Of a stretch of 64,000 nucleotides of DNA, positions 20,301 through 31,637 are shown piece after piece (the first letter of the stretch is position 1; each line of letters starts with the position of its first letter). The notes under the pieces were generated by a model. It was not told where the DNA came from. It ran no database searches and saw only the letters and a list, made by a program, of their open reading frames with translations. A program made the translations under genes and the position numbers. Origin of the DNA: Candidatus Binatia bacterium (GTDB lineage: Bacteria; Desulfobacterota; Binatia; Bin18); assembly GCA_963664395.2 (NCBI GenBank), contig OY761159.2, positions 32,001 through 96,000 on the forward strand, in the 5' to 3' direction.

Positions 20301-21233
20301 GGCTTGGGCCGGCGTCGTCACCGGCGCGCCCTGGACGTGCGTGCCCGCCGTACTCAGCAGACTGAGGTCATACTCTTCCTTGCTGAACAAGGACGCCGCC
20401 GTCTGCGTATTGCACATCCGCGCCTCGGCCACCGCCGCATAGTCACTGCGCGCCTTGAGACGCGTGAACAGTACCTCCGCATGGCGCAGACCCAGCGTCG
20501 TCCCAAACTCCCAATTCGGGGCCTGACCCCCTCTGCCGGGGAACGCGATTGACCGCCCCGGGCTCGACCGGTACCCCTCCCGCTCCAAGGGGGTCAGCCG
20601 GCGGTCCGCCGTGGTGAGCATCGTCGTCGCCAAGGTGCAGTGGGTGGGTTGCGACTCCACCGTCTGCACTTCACTCTCCGTCCCCTCCCCCAGGTTGTCA
20701 TTGCCCCAGACGGGCCGATTCAGCGCGCTATGACACTGGGAACACGCCGTCCTCCCGCTGCTCGGAGACCGCACGAGCTGCGGCCGCTCCCCCGTAAAGT
20801 CGAGCGCACCCGCGGACCACTCCCCTTCTGCCGGCACGGGTCGGAGAAACTCGACTTGGTCGGCCGCAGGATCCGCCGGATTGGTCGTCCAGGTCACGAT
20901 GAATCTGGCATCCGCCCCCCACGACACGATGCGCGGATGCGCCGCAGAAATAAAGGCCGCCGAGGGGCTCTCGGAGTCGAAGACGGCCAGGAAGTTGCGC
21001 TTGTGCAGCGGCGGCAGGGCCGCCACGAACCCCTCAACGGTCGTAATGGAGTGCGCGGCCAGAAACTCCAGAACCCCCGCCTCACTCATCGTCTCCGGCA
21101 GCGTCTCGGCGTGGACCGCCCCCCCGCGCAGAGCCGAGTGCCCGCCGGGCGTGAGCATCAGCACAAAAAAAGCCGCCCAGACCACACAGACCTGCCCCGT
21201 GGTGCCCCGCCCTCGCATTTTCTGATTCCGCAT
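17318..21233 (-). CDS. large secreted multidomain protein (CxxCH domain, GLUG repeats, FN3, Pro-rich linker, two copies of an unnamed domain), frameshifted in the linker
   Basis: Joins ORF 18117-21233 (signal peptide, CSQCH, VGGLVG repeats, YTDRAVEPGVSYRYQV) to ORF 17318-18628 (two GYLENPG...SGWVC...QNFV domains). The net shift is +1 nt, within the repeat. Confidence 0.75.
18239..18446. repeat. 15-bp VNTR (GGGGTGATGACRGGC, about 14 units)
   Basis: Seen directly. One unit is 19 nt (18314-18332) and one is 13 nt (18363-18375). A G7 run lies at 18236-18242. Confidence 0.95.
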
Positions 21234-21367
21234 GGCGTCACTTTAACCCCATCCTGCCACGTATGCCCCCCTAAAATGGGAGGAATCGCCGCACTGCATG
21301 CCACTGACACCACAACCTTCGACCAGCGCCGCCGAGAGGCACGTCAAGTTCAACGTGAGACACTGCC

Positions 21368-21468
21368 GCTCTTTCATGTCCTTGGTACAAATCGCCAGAT
21401 TGAGCATATGGGAGTCAAGGTTCAATTCCCTCTTTTTATGCTAGACTGCGTCTGTAGGGGCGACGCAG
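21368..21468 (-). pseudogene. remnant of the duplicated VOC gene 5' end, its upstream region and a half REP
   Basis: 21368-21400 matches 16773-16805 (LAICTKDMKE). 21401-21448 matches about 16878-16924. Confidence 0.8.
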
Positions 21469-21494
21469 AAACAGAATCCGCGAGGATACGGCTC

Positions 21495-22577
21495 ATGCTT
21501 GGTTTTCAACCCGACGACGAACAACAACTGATTCGAGACACGGTCGCGGAATTTGCCCGCGAACAGATCCGCCCTCTTGCCCACGACGCGGATGAGAGTG
21601 GTACCTGCCCCAGCTCTGTTGTCCAGCAAGCTTGGGAACTCGGCTTGGTGCAAAGCACGATTCCTGAAGCCTACGGTGGGGTCGGGGCAGGTGCTTCGGC
21701 GGTCGTTGGGTCATTGATTTGTGAAGAGTTGGCGTGGGGCGATCTCTCTATTGCCCTGCATATTCTCTCGCCCCAGCTTGTGACCTCTCCGGTCATTGCG
21801 CTTGGGACACACGAACAAAAAAGGCAGATTCTCAGCCGCTATACCGGCACCCATTTCACAGCCGGCACAGCCGCAGTCATGGAGCCGCGCTTCGGCTTTG
21901 ACATCAATGCACTCGCCACAACAGCCGAGCGGCACAACCGAGAGTTTGTCCTGAACGGCACCAAGTGTTTTGTTCCTCTCGCCGCCGATGCGGTACACAT
22001 ATTGGTCTATGCCAGGACAGGCGATGATATCACCGCCTTTCTGCTCCCCCAGGGTACGCCAGGTCTGAGCATAGGCGAACGAGAGAAAAATATGGGCCTC
22101 AAAGCGGTGGCCACGTATGAGCTGAGTTTGGACAATTGTCGCGTCCCGGCTTCCTCACAACTACAAGGCGATATCCAGCCCGTGTTGAACCGCTCACGGG
22201 TCGCCCTCTCAGCCATGGCCGTTGGGGTCGCCAGAGCCGCCTATGAGTATGCGCGTGAGTATGCCAAAGAGCGGACAGCCTTTGGCGTGGCCATTGCGCA
22301 GAAACAGGCCATTGCTTTTATGTTGGCCGAGATGGCCATGGAAATTGACGCCGCCCGCTTACTTACCTGGGAAGCAGCCTGGAAAATCGACACTGGCGGA
22401 GATGCGACCCGCGAGTCGTGTTTGGCCAAGAACTATGCAGCCGATATGGTACTCACAGTGACCGATAATGCCGTCCAAACCCTGGGCGGACATGGTTATA
22501 TTCGGGATCATCCGGTTGAGCTTTGGCTACGGAACGGGCGCGGATTTGCGACGTTCGAGGGATTGGCCATAATCTAA
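21495..22577 (+). CDS. acyl-CoA dehydrogenase
   Basis: Start taken at MLGFQPDDEQQ. Motifs LNGTKCFV, ERTAFGVAIAQKQAIAF, GGHGYIRDHPVE. Confidence 0.9.
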   Translation: MLGFQPDDEQQLIRDTVAEFAREQIRPLAHDADESGTCPSSVVQQAWELGLVQSTIPEAYGGVGAGASAVVGSLICEELAWGDLSIALHILSPQLVTSPVIALGTHEQKRQILSRYTGTHFTAGTAAVMEPRFGFDINALATTAERHNREFVLNGTKCFVPLAADAVHILVYARTGDDITAFLLPQGTPGLSIGEREKNMGLKAVATYELSLDNCRVPASSQLQGDIQPVLNRSRVALSAMAVGVARAAYEYAREYAKERTAFGVAIAQKQAIAFMLAEMAMEIDAARLLTWEAAWKIDTGGDATRESCLAKNYAADMVLTVTDNAVQTLGGHGYIRDHPVELWLRNGRGFATFEGLAII

Positions 22578-22612
22578 CGACCCAACCGACCCAAACCTAT
22601 CGGAGGCAGACC

Positions 22613-23857
22613 ATGATCGACTTCTCCCTTTCCCCGGCAGTTGAAAAGAACCGCGACCTGATCCACGCCGTTGCAGACGGGACCATGCGCCCGATCTCGC
22701 GCGAGTACGACGAGCGCGAGCATGAAAAGCCGACAGAATGGCTGAACATGATGTGGGGTGCCTCCAAAAACATGATTAGCTTCGGGGATGGCAAGCAAAA
22801 GAAGGAAGCCGACCAGAAGGCGGAGAAAGGCGACCGTCGCCCTTCGGAACGCAACATCCGTTCGGCTGTCCTGGTTGAAGAATTATCGTGGGGCGACGTA
22901 GGACTGTATCTCAGTATTCCGCATCCAGGACTCGGCGGTGCTGCGGTCGCCGCGGCCGGTACGCCGGAGCAGAAAGAGCGCTTTCTGTCTCGCTTCCGTG
23001 ACGGCGAGCCAAAATGGGGCGCAATGGCGATTACCGAGCCGGGCTGTGGTTCGGACTCGGCCGCGATCACCACAACCGCGGTGCAGGCTGGGGATCAGTG
23101 GGTCATCAATGGCACCAAGATCTTTTGCACCAGCGGGCTCATGGCCGCCGAAAAATCGGACGGCTTTGTGGTCGTCTGGGCAACGGTTGATAAATCAGCC
23201 GGTCGTGCGGGTATCAAAGCCTTTGTGGTTGATCATCACACCCCCGGTATGACAGTCGCCAAAGTAGAAGACAAAATGGGTATCCGCGCCTCAGACACGG
23301 CGATGCTCGTCTTTGAAGACTGTCGGATTCCGCTCGATAATATTCTCGGCCAGGCCGAAGTCAAACAATCGACCACAGGTTTTAAGGGGGTCATGGCCAC
23401 GTTTGACGCCACCCGCCCGCTGGTTGCGGCAAGCGCGATTGGAGTTGCTCGGGCCGCGGTTGATTATGTCCGCGAGACATTTGACACGGCAGGTATTACC
23501 ATTCGCTATACTACCCCCCCCACACAGCTGACCACACGTGAGCGGGACTTTATGGAGATGGAAGCCAATCTCCAGGCCGCGCGGCTGTTGACCTGGCGGG
23601 CGGCCTGGATGCTCGATCAGGGCATCCAGAATAATCTCGAAGCGTCTATGGCTAAAGCCAAAGCCGGCAGCATGGTGACTCAGGTCACGCAGAAGGCGGT
23701 CGAACTGCTGGGCCCGTTGGGCTATTCGCGCAAGACCTTACTCGAAAAATGGATGCGGGACGCCAAGATCAGCGATATTTATGAGGGCACCCAGCAGATC
23801 AACCTGCTCATTATTGCCCGGCGTATTTTGGGCTATTCGAGTCAGGAGTTGAATTAA
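22613..23857 (+). CDS. acyl-CoA dehydrogenase
   Basis: MAITEPGCGSD, INGTKIF, KMGIRASDT and DIYEGTQQI motifs; GGAGG RBS. Confidence 0.92.
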   Translation: MIDFSLSPAVEKNRDLIHAVADGTMRPISREYDEREHEKPTEWLNMMWGASKNMISFGDGKQKKEADQKAEKGDRRPSERNIRSAVLVEELSWGDVGLYLSIPHPGLGGAAVAAAGTPEQKERFLSRFRDGEPKWGAMAITEPGCGSDSAAITTTAVQAGDQWVINGTKIFCTSGLMAAEKSDGFVVVWATVDKSAGRAGIKAFVVDHHTPGMTVAKVEDKMGIRASDTAMLVFEDCRIPLDNILGQAEVKQSTTGFKGVMATFDATRPLVAASAIGVARAAVDYVRETFDTAGITIRYTTPPTQLTTRERDFMEMEANLQAARLLTWRAAWMLDQGIQNNLEASMAKAKAGSMVTQVTQKAVELLGPLGYSRKTLLEKWMRDAKISDIYEGTQQINLLIIARRILGYSSQELN

Positions 23858-23898
23858 GACACGGGAAGTGGCGATTTGTCTGGGCAGCAGTTTGTAGC

Positions 23899-24624
23899 AT
23901 GCAAGTGATCGGACATCGCGGCGCGGCGGCGCTCGCTCCGGAGAACACCTGGGCAAGCTTTGACCGGGCACTGTCGATCGGCGTTGACGCGATCGAGACC
24001 GATGTGCATTCCACCAGCGACGGTCAGCTTGTCCTCATTCACGACAAAAACCTGAGCCGGACGACCGATGGGTCGGGGGTTGTGCACGAGACCCCCTGGT
24101 CAGTCGTGAAAGAGCTCGATGCCGGCTCCTGGTTTAGTGCAGAACATGCTGGCGCGCGCGTCCCATTACTCCAAGAGACGCTTGAGCGTTACGGCAAACA
24201 GACGCACCTCGTGCTCGAAGTAAAGCAGGCTGGTATAGAACTCCGGGTGCTTGAAATGGTCCGAGAAATGGGGCTGCTTGCGGATGTCACCTTTTCGTCA
24301 TTTTTCTTTACTATTGTCCAAAATCTCAAATCCCATGCCCCCGAGGCTAAAGTCGGCTCACTGACGATCGATGCCAAACCAGAAACCACCCAACGCGTGC
24401 TGGACGCCAAGCTTGATCAAATCTGCCCACCTGCCCCGTTTCTTTCGCGGGAGCTGGTCACGGCCTGGAAAGTCGCCGGCCTCGAAGTCCGGGCGTGGGG
24501 CATCAAAAACCCCGCTATGATGCATTCAGCCATTGAGGCCGGTGTTGACGGCATGACAGTTGATTTCCCCCATCTGCTCTTGGAAGCTGTTGGCAGGGAG
24601 ATAAAATTTAGAGGTAAAATTTAA
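23899..24624 (+). CDS. glycerophosphodiester phosphodiesterase
   Basis: IGHRGA...PENT, ETDVH and IHD motifs. Confidence 0.92.
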   Translation: MQVIGHRGAAALAPENTWASFDRALSIGVDAIETDVHSTSDGQLVLIHDKNLSRTTDGSGVVHETPWSVVKELDAGSWFSAEHAGARVPLLQETLERYGKQTHLVLEVKQAGIELRVLEMVREMGLLADVTFSSFFFTIVQNLKSHAPEAKVGSLTIDAKPETTQRVLDAKLDQICPPAPFLSRELVTAWKVAGLEVRAWGIKNPAMMHSAIEAGVDGMTVDFPHLLLEAVGREIKFRGKI

Positions 24625-25337
24625 GTGGGACGGGCACCGTTCCCATTGGCTGTGCCAGGATTCATGTCCATACCATTTTTCAGGGCGGCACTATTTTTCA
24701 TGTTCTCAGCCAACACCACGGTAAACAAGGACATCGGATGGGTTTTATAACTCTTCTCAATACGCACCGGGATGCCGTCAAATGCTTGTTTCAGACGGAG
24801 TGAGGCACTCCAGCCCAGCCGTCTGGTGAGAGGGTCAAGGGCGCCGACAAGGGGGCCAATGAGCGGCTTTGTCGACCGGAAATGGTTGATAATAGCGATT
24901 TTTCCACCGGGTTTACAGACTCGGTGAATCTCACGCATCATCCGCACGGGATCAGGCACGACACTAATGACATGAAACGAGGTCACATAGTCAAAAGAGT
25001 TATCCGGAAAGTCGAGGTTCATGGCATCCATAGCCAGTAAACGAAAATGTCGCCAATCGTTCTCATCCGCCCGTTGCTGGGCACGCTCTAACATGTCGGG
25101 AGCAAGGTCTACCCCGGTCACCTCACAATGGGACGGATACGCCTCCATAGACAGACCTGTTCCGACCCCAACTTCGAGCACGCTTGCGTTGGGCTGAATA
25201 TCGAGGCCCTGGATGACCGCAGAGATACGGTCGGTAAAGAAGCGCGCGAAGATCTTATCGTAGAGATGAGAAAACTCGGAGTAAATCTTACTTTCGTGAG
25301 CGTTCGGGATATTCCGCTCATTCTGTGTAGCCAGCAC
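24621..25337 (-). CDS. class I SAM methyltransferase (PmtA-like phospholipid N-methyltransferase)
   Basis: VLEVGVGTGLS, GVDLAPDML, SVVPDP and NHF motifs. Confidence 0.75.
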   Translation of the reverse strand: MLATQNERNIPNAHESKIYSEFSHLYDKIFARFFTDRISAVIQGLDIQPNASVLEVGVGTGLSMEAYPSHCEVTGVDLAPDMLERAQQRADENDWRHFRLLAMDAMNLDFPDNSFDYVTSFHVISVVPDPVRMMREIHRVCKPGGKIAIINHFRSTKPLIGPLVGALDPLTRRLGWSASLRLKQAFDGIPVRIEKSYKTHPMSLFTVVLAENMKNSAALKNGMDMNPGTANGNGARPT

Positions 25338-25357
25338 CCGCTATCCTCCCTCAAAGT

Positions 25358-25555
25358 CTAGGCGGCTTCCTGCTTTTGTTGCTGTTTCTTAAAAAGCGTG
25401 ATGTCCTGCCGACGAAATCGCCACTGCCTGCCCCGTTTGACACCCGGGAGTACATTCTTCCGGGCAAGCTCGTTGACCGTATCAGGACTCAACTCAAGGA
25501 GCGCGGCTGCCTGTCGGCTATTGATCAGAACTTCTTCCTTCTCTTCCATAGCCAT
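25358..25555 (-). CDS. small excisionase/MerR-like HTH protein
   Basis: QAAALLELSPDTVNELARKNVLPGVKRGRQWRF fits the HTH_17 pattern. Confidence 0.8.
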   Translation of the reverse strand: MAMEEKEEVLINSRQAAALLELSPDTVNELARKNVLPGVKRGRQWRFRRQDITLFKKQQQKQEAA

Positions 25556-25585
25556 CTGTTTCCCGCGCGGTTAGAATTGGTGGTT

Positions 25586-25616
25586 GGGGTATACCATACC
25601 CCCCCTTAATCGTCAA
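25586..25616 (-). promoter_or_regulatory. sigma70-like promoter with overlapping palindrome
   Basis: Minus strand TTGACG-17 nt-TATACC. The GGGGTAT-acc-ATACCCC inverted repeat covers the -10 box. Confidence 0.45.
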
Positions 25617-25637
25617 TGTCTGTGTAATTTCGCGGAG

Positions 25638-27395
25638 TTAGTGCTCCTTTAGATCGCGTACGCGAAGCTGCAGACTCGCCTGCCCATTCCAGACATTAAT
25701 CGTTGGAGTGTAGAGCAAGTCAACATGCTGGCGTGGGACAATAGGACGGTCGCCTATCCCAAACCCAATAGCATCAACCGGCCGCCCACCTTGGGAAGAG
25801 CGCACAACCAACTTGAGGTGCCCAGCCTTTCCGTGGGACTGATCTCCGACTACGCGGACACTGACGACTTCAGTATGAGAGGCTCGAAACACGGGTGCCG
25901 GATTGCCCTGTCCACAGGGCTCAAGACGATGCAGATCATCAAGCAATTCCGGTCCGACCAGCGCAACATCAACATCAGCGTCAAACTCAACAATGGGGAC
26001 AAGGTCATCAGGAGTCAGCCGCTGACGAGCAACCGCCTCAAACTGGTCGGCAAAGGTCTGTATTGATGCAGCCCGGATCGACAGCCCGGCTGCCTGGCGA
26101 TGCCCGCCATAACCAGCCAGGTGTTCAGCACACATCCGCATTCCTTCATACAAGTGAAAAACCGCGGGACTCCGCCCCGACCCCTTCCCCATATCGCCGT
26201 CAATCGCAATGAGGATAGTTGGGCGTCCAAAGCGCTCGACCAAGCGGGACGCGACAATGCCGATCACCCCGGGATGCCACTGCGCAGATGCCAGGACAAA
26301 GCTGTAGCGCTCGCTCTGCTCAAGCTGGGCCTGCGCCAAGGCTACGGCCTGCTTCAATATTTCCTCTTCGATGGTCCTGCGATCGAGGTTTTCTTTGTCC
26401 AGCTCAGCAGCGAGAAGCCGTGCCCGGTCGGTATCCGTTGTGGTGAGCAGTTCAACCGCCTTCTGAGCCTCAGCCAGCCGCCCACCGGCATTAATGCGCG
26501 GTCCGAGGCGAAAGCCAATATAGCTCGCAGTCACATCGGAATCACCACTCACCGCCCGCAGGGCACGAATGCCTGGGCGCTGGCTGTTCTCTATTTGTCT
26601 CAGACCATGTGTGACGAGAACGCGATTTTCTTCAACCAATGGCACAAGATCAGCAACAGTACCCAGACAGACCAAGTCCAAATAGAGCCGGAGGTCAGGA
26701 ACGGGGTGCTGCCCCTGCTCACGCAGCCGCATCCTCAGCCCCATGAGTAAATAAAACGCAACTCCTGCCCCGGACAGTCCGGAAAAGGAGAAGGGGCAGT
26801 CTGCTTCCATAGGGTTCAGAACCGCGTAGGCTGGCAACTTTTCTTCGGGTACGTGATGGTGATCACACACGATCACATCGATACCGAGCTGCTGCGCCCG
26901 AGCAATCTCCTTATGGCCGGTTGCTCCGCAGTCAGCCGTGATCAAGACCTTCGTCCCTTCGCCTGCCAGCTTCTCAATAGCGGGCGTGTTCAGTCCATAT
27001 CCTTCGCGTGTCCGGTGGGGAATATACAGCCTTGGGTCCATACCGATTTCGCGCAAGAACAGGATGAGCTGGGAGCTGCCGGTCACACCATCAACGTCAT
27101 AGTCTCCCCATATACACACCGGCTCGCCACGCTCGCGGGCGTGTAGCACACGGTCTGTCGCTCGCCGCATATCAGGGAAGAGCAGCGGCGAACGCAGGCC
27201 CGTTCGCAGTAAGGGAGATAAAAATGCTGCCACTTTTTCAGGTGTATCAATACCCCGGCAGACGAGCAGCCGCGCCATGACAGGAGAGAGTGGTGCGGGA
27301 TGCGCCTGGGTTGATTCGAGCAGAGCCTGAACCCGCCTGGGGTCAGCCGACCGAAGGATCCAGCGTTTTTCGAGCCGTGTGCCAGGCTCATTCAC
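25638..27395 (-). CDS. recJ: ssDNA exonuclease RecJ
   Basis: GDYDVDG, DHH, GPRINAGGR and GGHRQAAG motifs. The GTG start overlaps the secF stop. Confidence 0.95.
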   Translation of the reverse strand: MNEPGTRLEKRWILRSADPRRVQALLESTQAHPAPLSPVMARLLVCRGIDTPEKVAAFLSPLLRTGLRSPLLFPDMRRATDRVLHARERGEPVCIWGDYDVDGVTGSSQLILFLREIGMDPRLYIPHRTREGYGLNTPAIEKLAGEGTKVLITADCGATGHKEIARAQQLGIDVIVCDHHHVPEEKLPAYAVLNPMEADCPFSFSGLSGAGVAFYLLMGLRMRLREQGQHPVPDLRLYLDLVCLGTVADLVPLVEENRVLVTHGLRQIENSQRPGIRALRAVSGDSDVTASYIGFRLGPRINAGGRLAEAQKAVELLTTTDTDRARLLAAELDKENLDRRTIEEEILKQAVALAQAQLEQSERYSFVLASAQWHPGVIGIVASRLVERFGRPTILIAIDGDMGKGSGRSPAVFHLYEGMRMCAEHLAGYGGHRQAAGLSIRAASIQTFADQFEAVARQRLTPDDLVPIVEFDADVDVALVGPELLDDLHRLEPCGQGNPAPVFRASHTEVVSVRVVGDQSHGKAGHLKLVVRSSQGGRPVDAIGFGIGDRPIVPRQHVDLLYTPTINVWNGQASLQLRVRDLKEH

Positions 27396-28294
27396 CGTCT
27401 GGCCGTCCTCTTTTCCCATAGCAAGACAACCGGGCTGGCGACATAGATGGAAGAATACGTTCCGACCGTCATCCCGACAAGGAGAACGAGAGCAAAGGCA
27501 TGGATGACGGAGCCACCCAAAAAGAAGAGCGCCAGGACGACCATGAGGACAGTCCCGGTGGTAATCACCGTTCGGCTCAGCGTTTCGTTAATGCTGCGGT
27601 TAATAATCGTGTGCATCGTCTCACGGCGCAGCTTGCGCATATTTTCCCGCACTCGGTCGCACACAATCACCGTGTCGTTGACTGAATACCCAATGACGGT
27701 CAACAGTGCGGCAACAACGGTCAGATCAAACTCAACATCGGCCACAAGTAAGACAGTTGTGGTCACTAATACATCATGGATCAGGGCAACGCCGGCACCA
27801 ACTCCAAACCGCGGCTCAAACCGGAAAGCAATATAGCCGCCCATCATGAGTGTGGCGAATACAACGGCGAGAATGCCTTTAAGACGCAAGTCTTTTCCGA
27901 CTTTAGGGCCGACGCTTTCGACCCGTTGCACCTCAAACGTCTCAGCGCCATACCCATCGGCCAGACTCTCGCGAATTCGATTCGAGAAGTTTTCAGCGCC
28001 AGTTTCTGACTTGGGAATACGAATCAAAAATTCATCACCGTTTTGCCCAAAATCCTGAACGGTGATGTCTGAAATACTCGTTTGGGAGACGACAGCACGA
28101 ATACTCGCCGCATCGGTCTGCTGGCTGAATTTGACATGGACGATGGTCCCGCCCGCAAAATCAACACCGTAGTTCAAGCCGCCCCGATACCAAAAGGCCG
28201 CGGCCCCGAGCAGGAGGAGAAAAGCGGAAAACATATACGCGCCTTTGGCGTAGCGCAGAAAATCAATCGTTGTGCCAGCTTTAATGAGTTGCAT
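27392..28294 (-). CDS. secF: protein translocase subunit SecF
   Basis: GVDFAGG, IGYSVNDTVIVCDRVRE and GTYSSIYVA motifs. Confidence 0.96.
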   Translation of the reverse strand: MQLIKAGTTIDFLRYAKGAYMFSAFLLLLGAAAFWYRGGLNYGVDFAGGTIVHVKFSQQTDAASIRAVVSQTSISDITVQDFGQNGDEFLIRIPKSETGAENFSNRIRESLADGYGAETFEVQRVESVGPKVGKDLRLKGILAVVFATLMMGGYIAFRFEPRFGVGAGVALIHDVLVTTTVLLVADVEFDLTVVAALLTVIGYSVNDTVIVCDRVRENMRKLRRETMHTIINRSINETLSRTVITTGTVLMVVLALFFLGGSVIHAFALVLLVGMTVGTYSSIYVASPVVLLWEKRTARR

Positions 28295-28323
28295 AGTCTT
28301 TCACCCCTCGCGCCACGCCGTGC

Positions 28324-29888
28324 TTACACACTCAATGTGCTCAAACGCCGCCGAGCAAGAAAATAGTCATACACTGCCCGCGTACAGAACACCGTTGTGA
28401 ACACGGTGCTAATAATCCCAATACACAAGGTGACGGCGAATCCTTTGATTGGGCCGGACCCAAACTGAAACAAGATCAGGCCCGACAAAAACGTCGTAAT
28501 ATTAGAATCAAAAATAGCCGGCAAGGCACGTTCGTAGCCGGATTCCACCGCTGCCCGCGCGCCTTTGCCTAATCGTACCTCTTCTCGCAGGCGTTCGTTG
28601 ATCAGCACGTTTGCGTCCACCGCCATCCCTACGGTGAGTACAATGCCGGCAATGCCCGGGAGGGTCAGCGTTGCATCGAGCATGGCTAAGGCGGCCAGGA
28701 GCAGGAGGATATTCAAAGCCAGCGCGAGGTCGGCCAGGACGCCAGCGAGGTTGTAATACACGACCATGAAGACAACGACTAAGGCCCCCCCAATGATAAA
28801 GGACGTGGTTCCTTGTTCAATGGAATCCCGTCCAAGAGACGGTCCGACCGTCCGTTCTTCGGCTATGGTGACGGGCGCAGGAAGCGCGCCGGCTCGTAAC
28901 ACAATGGCAAGGTCACGTGCTTCCTTGATATCGAATCCCCCCGTGATAGACGCATGTCCGCCACCGATCCGGTCGCGAATCACAGGGGCTGAGTAGACGG
29001 TATTATCAAGAACAATAGCTAAACGCCGTCCAACATTGGCCCCGGTTATTTCTTCAAAGGTCTCAGCCCCACGATTATTCAGAATCAGCTCTACGTAGGG
29101 CCCTTCAATGTCTGCGCTGGGACGCACCCGTGCATCTGCCACCCCATCCCCAGTGAGTAAGGTCTGTTTTTCCAAGGTATAGGTGGTGCGGATAGGCTCC
29201 CCGCTCAGCGGATCACGGTCTTGACCATTCAGAGTCTCAGTTTCACGCGTGCTGCCCTCTGCCGCAACCAGCTTAAATTCCAATACCGCGGTTCTGCCGA
29301 TCAACTCTTTGGCTCGCTCGGGGTCCTGGATTCCGGGCAGTTGGACCAGAATATCCCGATCGCCTTGACGTTGGATAACAGGTTCTGCCACGCCGAACTG
29401 GTCGATCCGGTTGCGAATGGTTTCCAAGGATTGATCAACCGCGTACTGCTGGAGCGCTTCGACCTGGCTGTTATCGAGATCAACCACAATATCCGAACTT
29501 GAGCCGGCGCCAGTCCGGGGTTCAAGAATCGGGAACCGCTCAGCAAGAATATCCTGCACTTTCGTTCGGTCTGCTTCAGAGTTGGTAGAAAAGCGGAGCG
29601 TATTGCCTTCGCGCCGAATATTGACTGTCCCTGCTTCCGCCTTACTCAGGGCCCGACGGAATTCTTCGGCGTACTGGTCCAGGCTATTTTCAACTGCCTT
29701 CTCCAGGTCAACAGTCAACAACAGATACGTGCCACCACGCAGATCAAGACCCAAGCGAATCTGGTGTGAGGGCAGAAAGGCCGGCCACCAACTCGGCAAC
29801 GCGGGACTCCATGAAGGGATCAGATAGAGACTCCCCCAGAGTGCGAGACCCACAATCAAAAGGAGGCGATAACGCAGACCTTGGGTCA

Positions 29889-29889
<1 letters not shown>
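28324..29889 (-). CDS. secD: protein translocase subunit SecD
   Basis: LGLDLRGG, RNRIDQFGVAEP and GMAVDANVLINER motifs. Confidence 0.96.
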
Positions 29890-31465
<1,576 letters not shown>

Positions 31466-31637
31466 CTACTTGTGGGGCTACCCGCGACATGTCAGAGTTA
31501 TCAGGTTGAGCCAATACGGCAAAGCACCGCTACAGACGGGTGAGCGTCAGGCGGCGTAGCGTTAGGTTGCCAGAAGTTTCAGAGTTTACCCATTTCATTA
31601 GGCAGCCAAATTACAGTTAAGCAGCTAGAGGGGAATA

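Noticed and set aside
14995-21468. Diversity-generating retroelement template/variable repeat pair
   Set aside because: Differences between the copies are not adenine-specific and include deletions, and no reverse transcriptase is present.
20640-21494. 285-aa N-terminal extension of the acyl-CoA dehydrogenase in the ORF track
   Set aside because: It is antisense to the secreted-protein gene and crosses the duplication remnant. Family similarity starts at ATG 21495.
25358-25555. Prophage or ICE boundary suggested by the excisionase-like gene
   Set aside because: There is no integrase, att repeat, tRNA or phage gene nearby.
31500-31637. Complete integron attC site
   Set aside because: GTTRRRY cores are present, but I could not find a matching inverse core or the paired L boxes, and no integrase is present.
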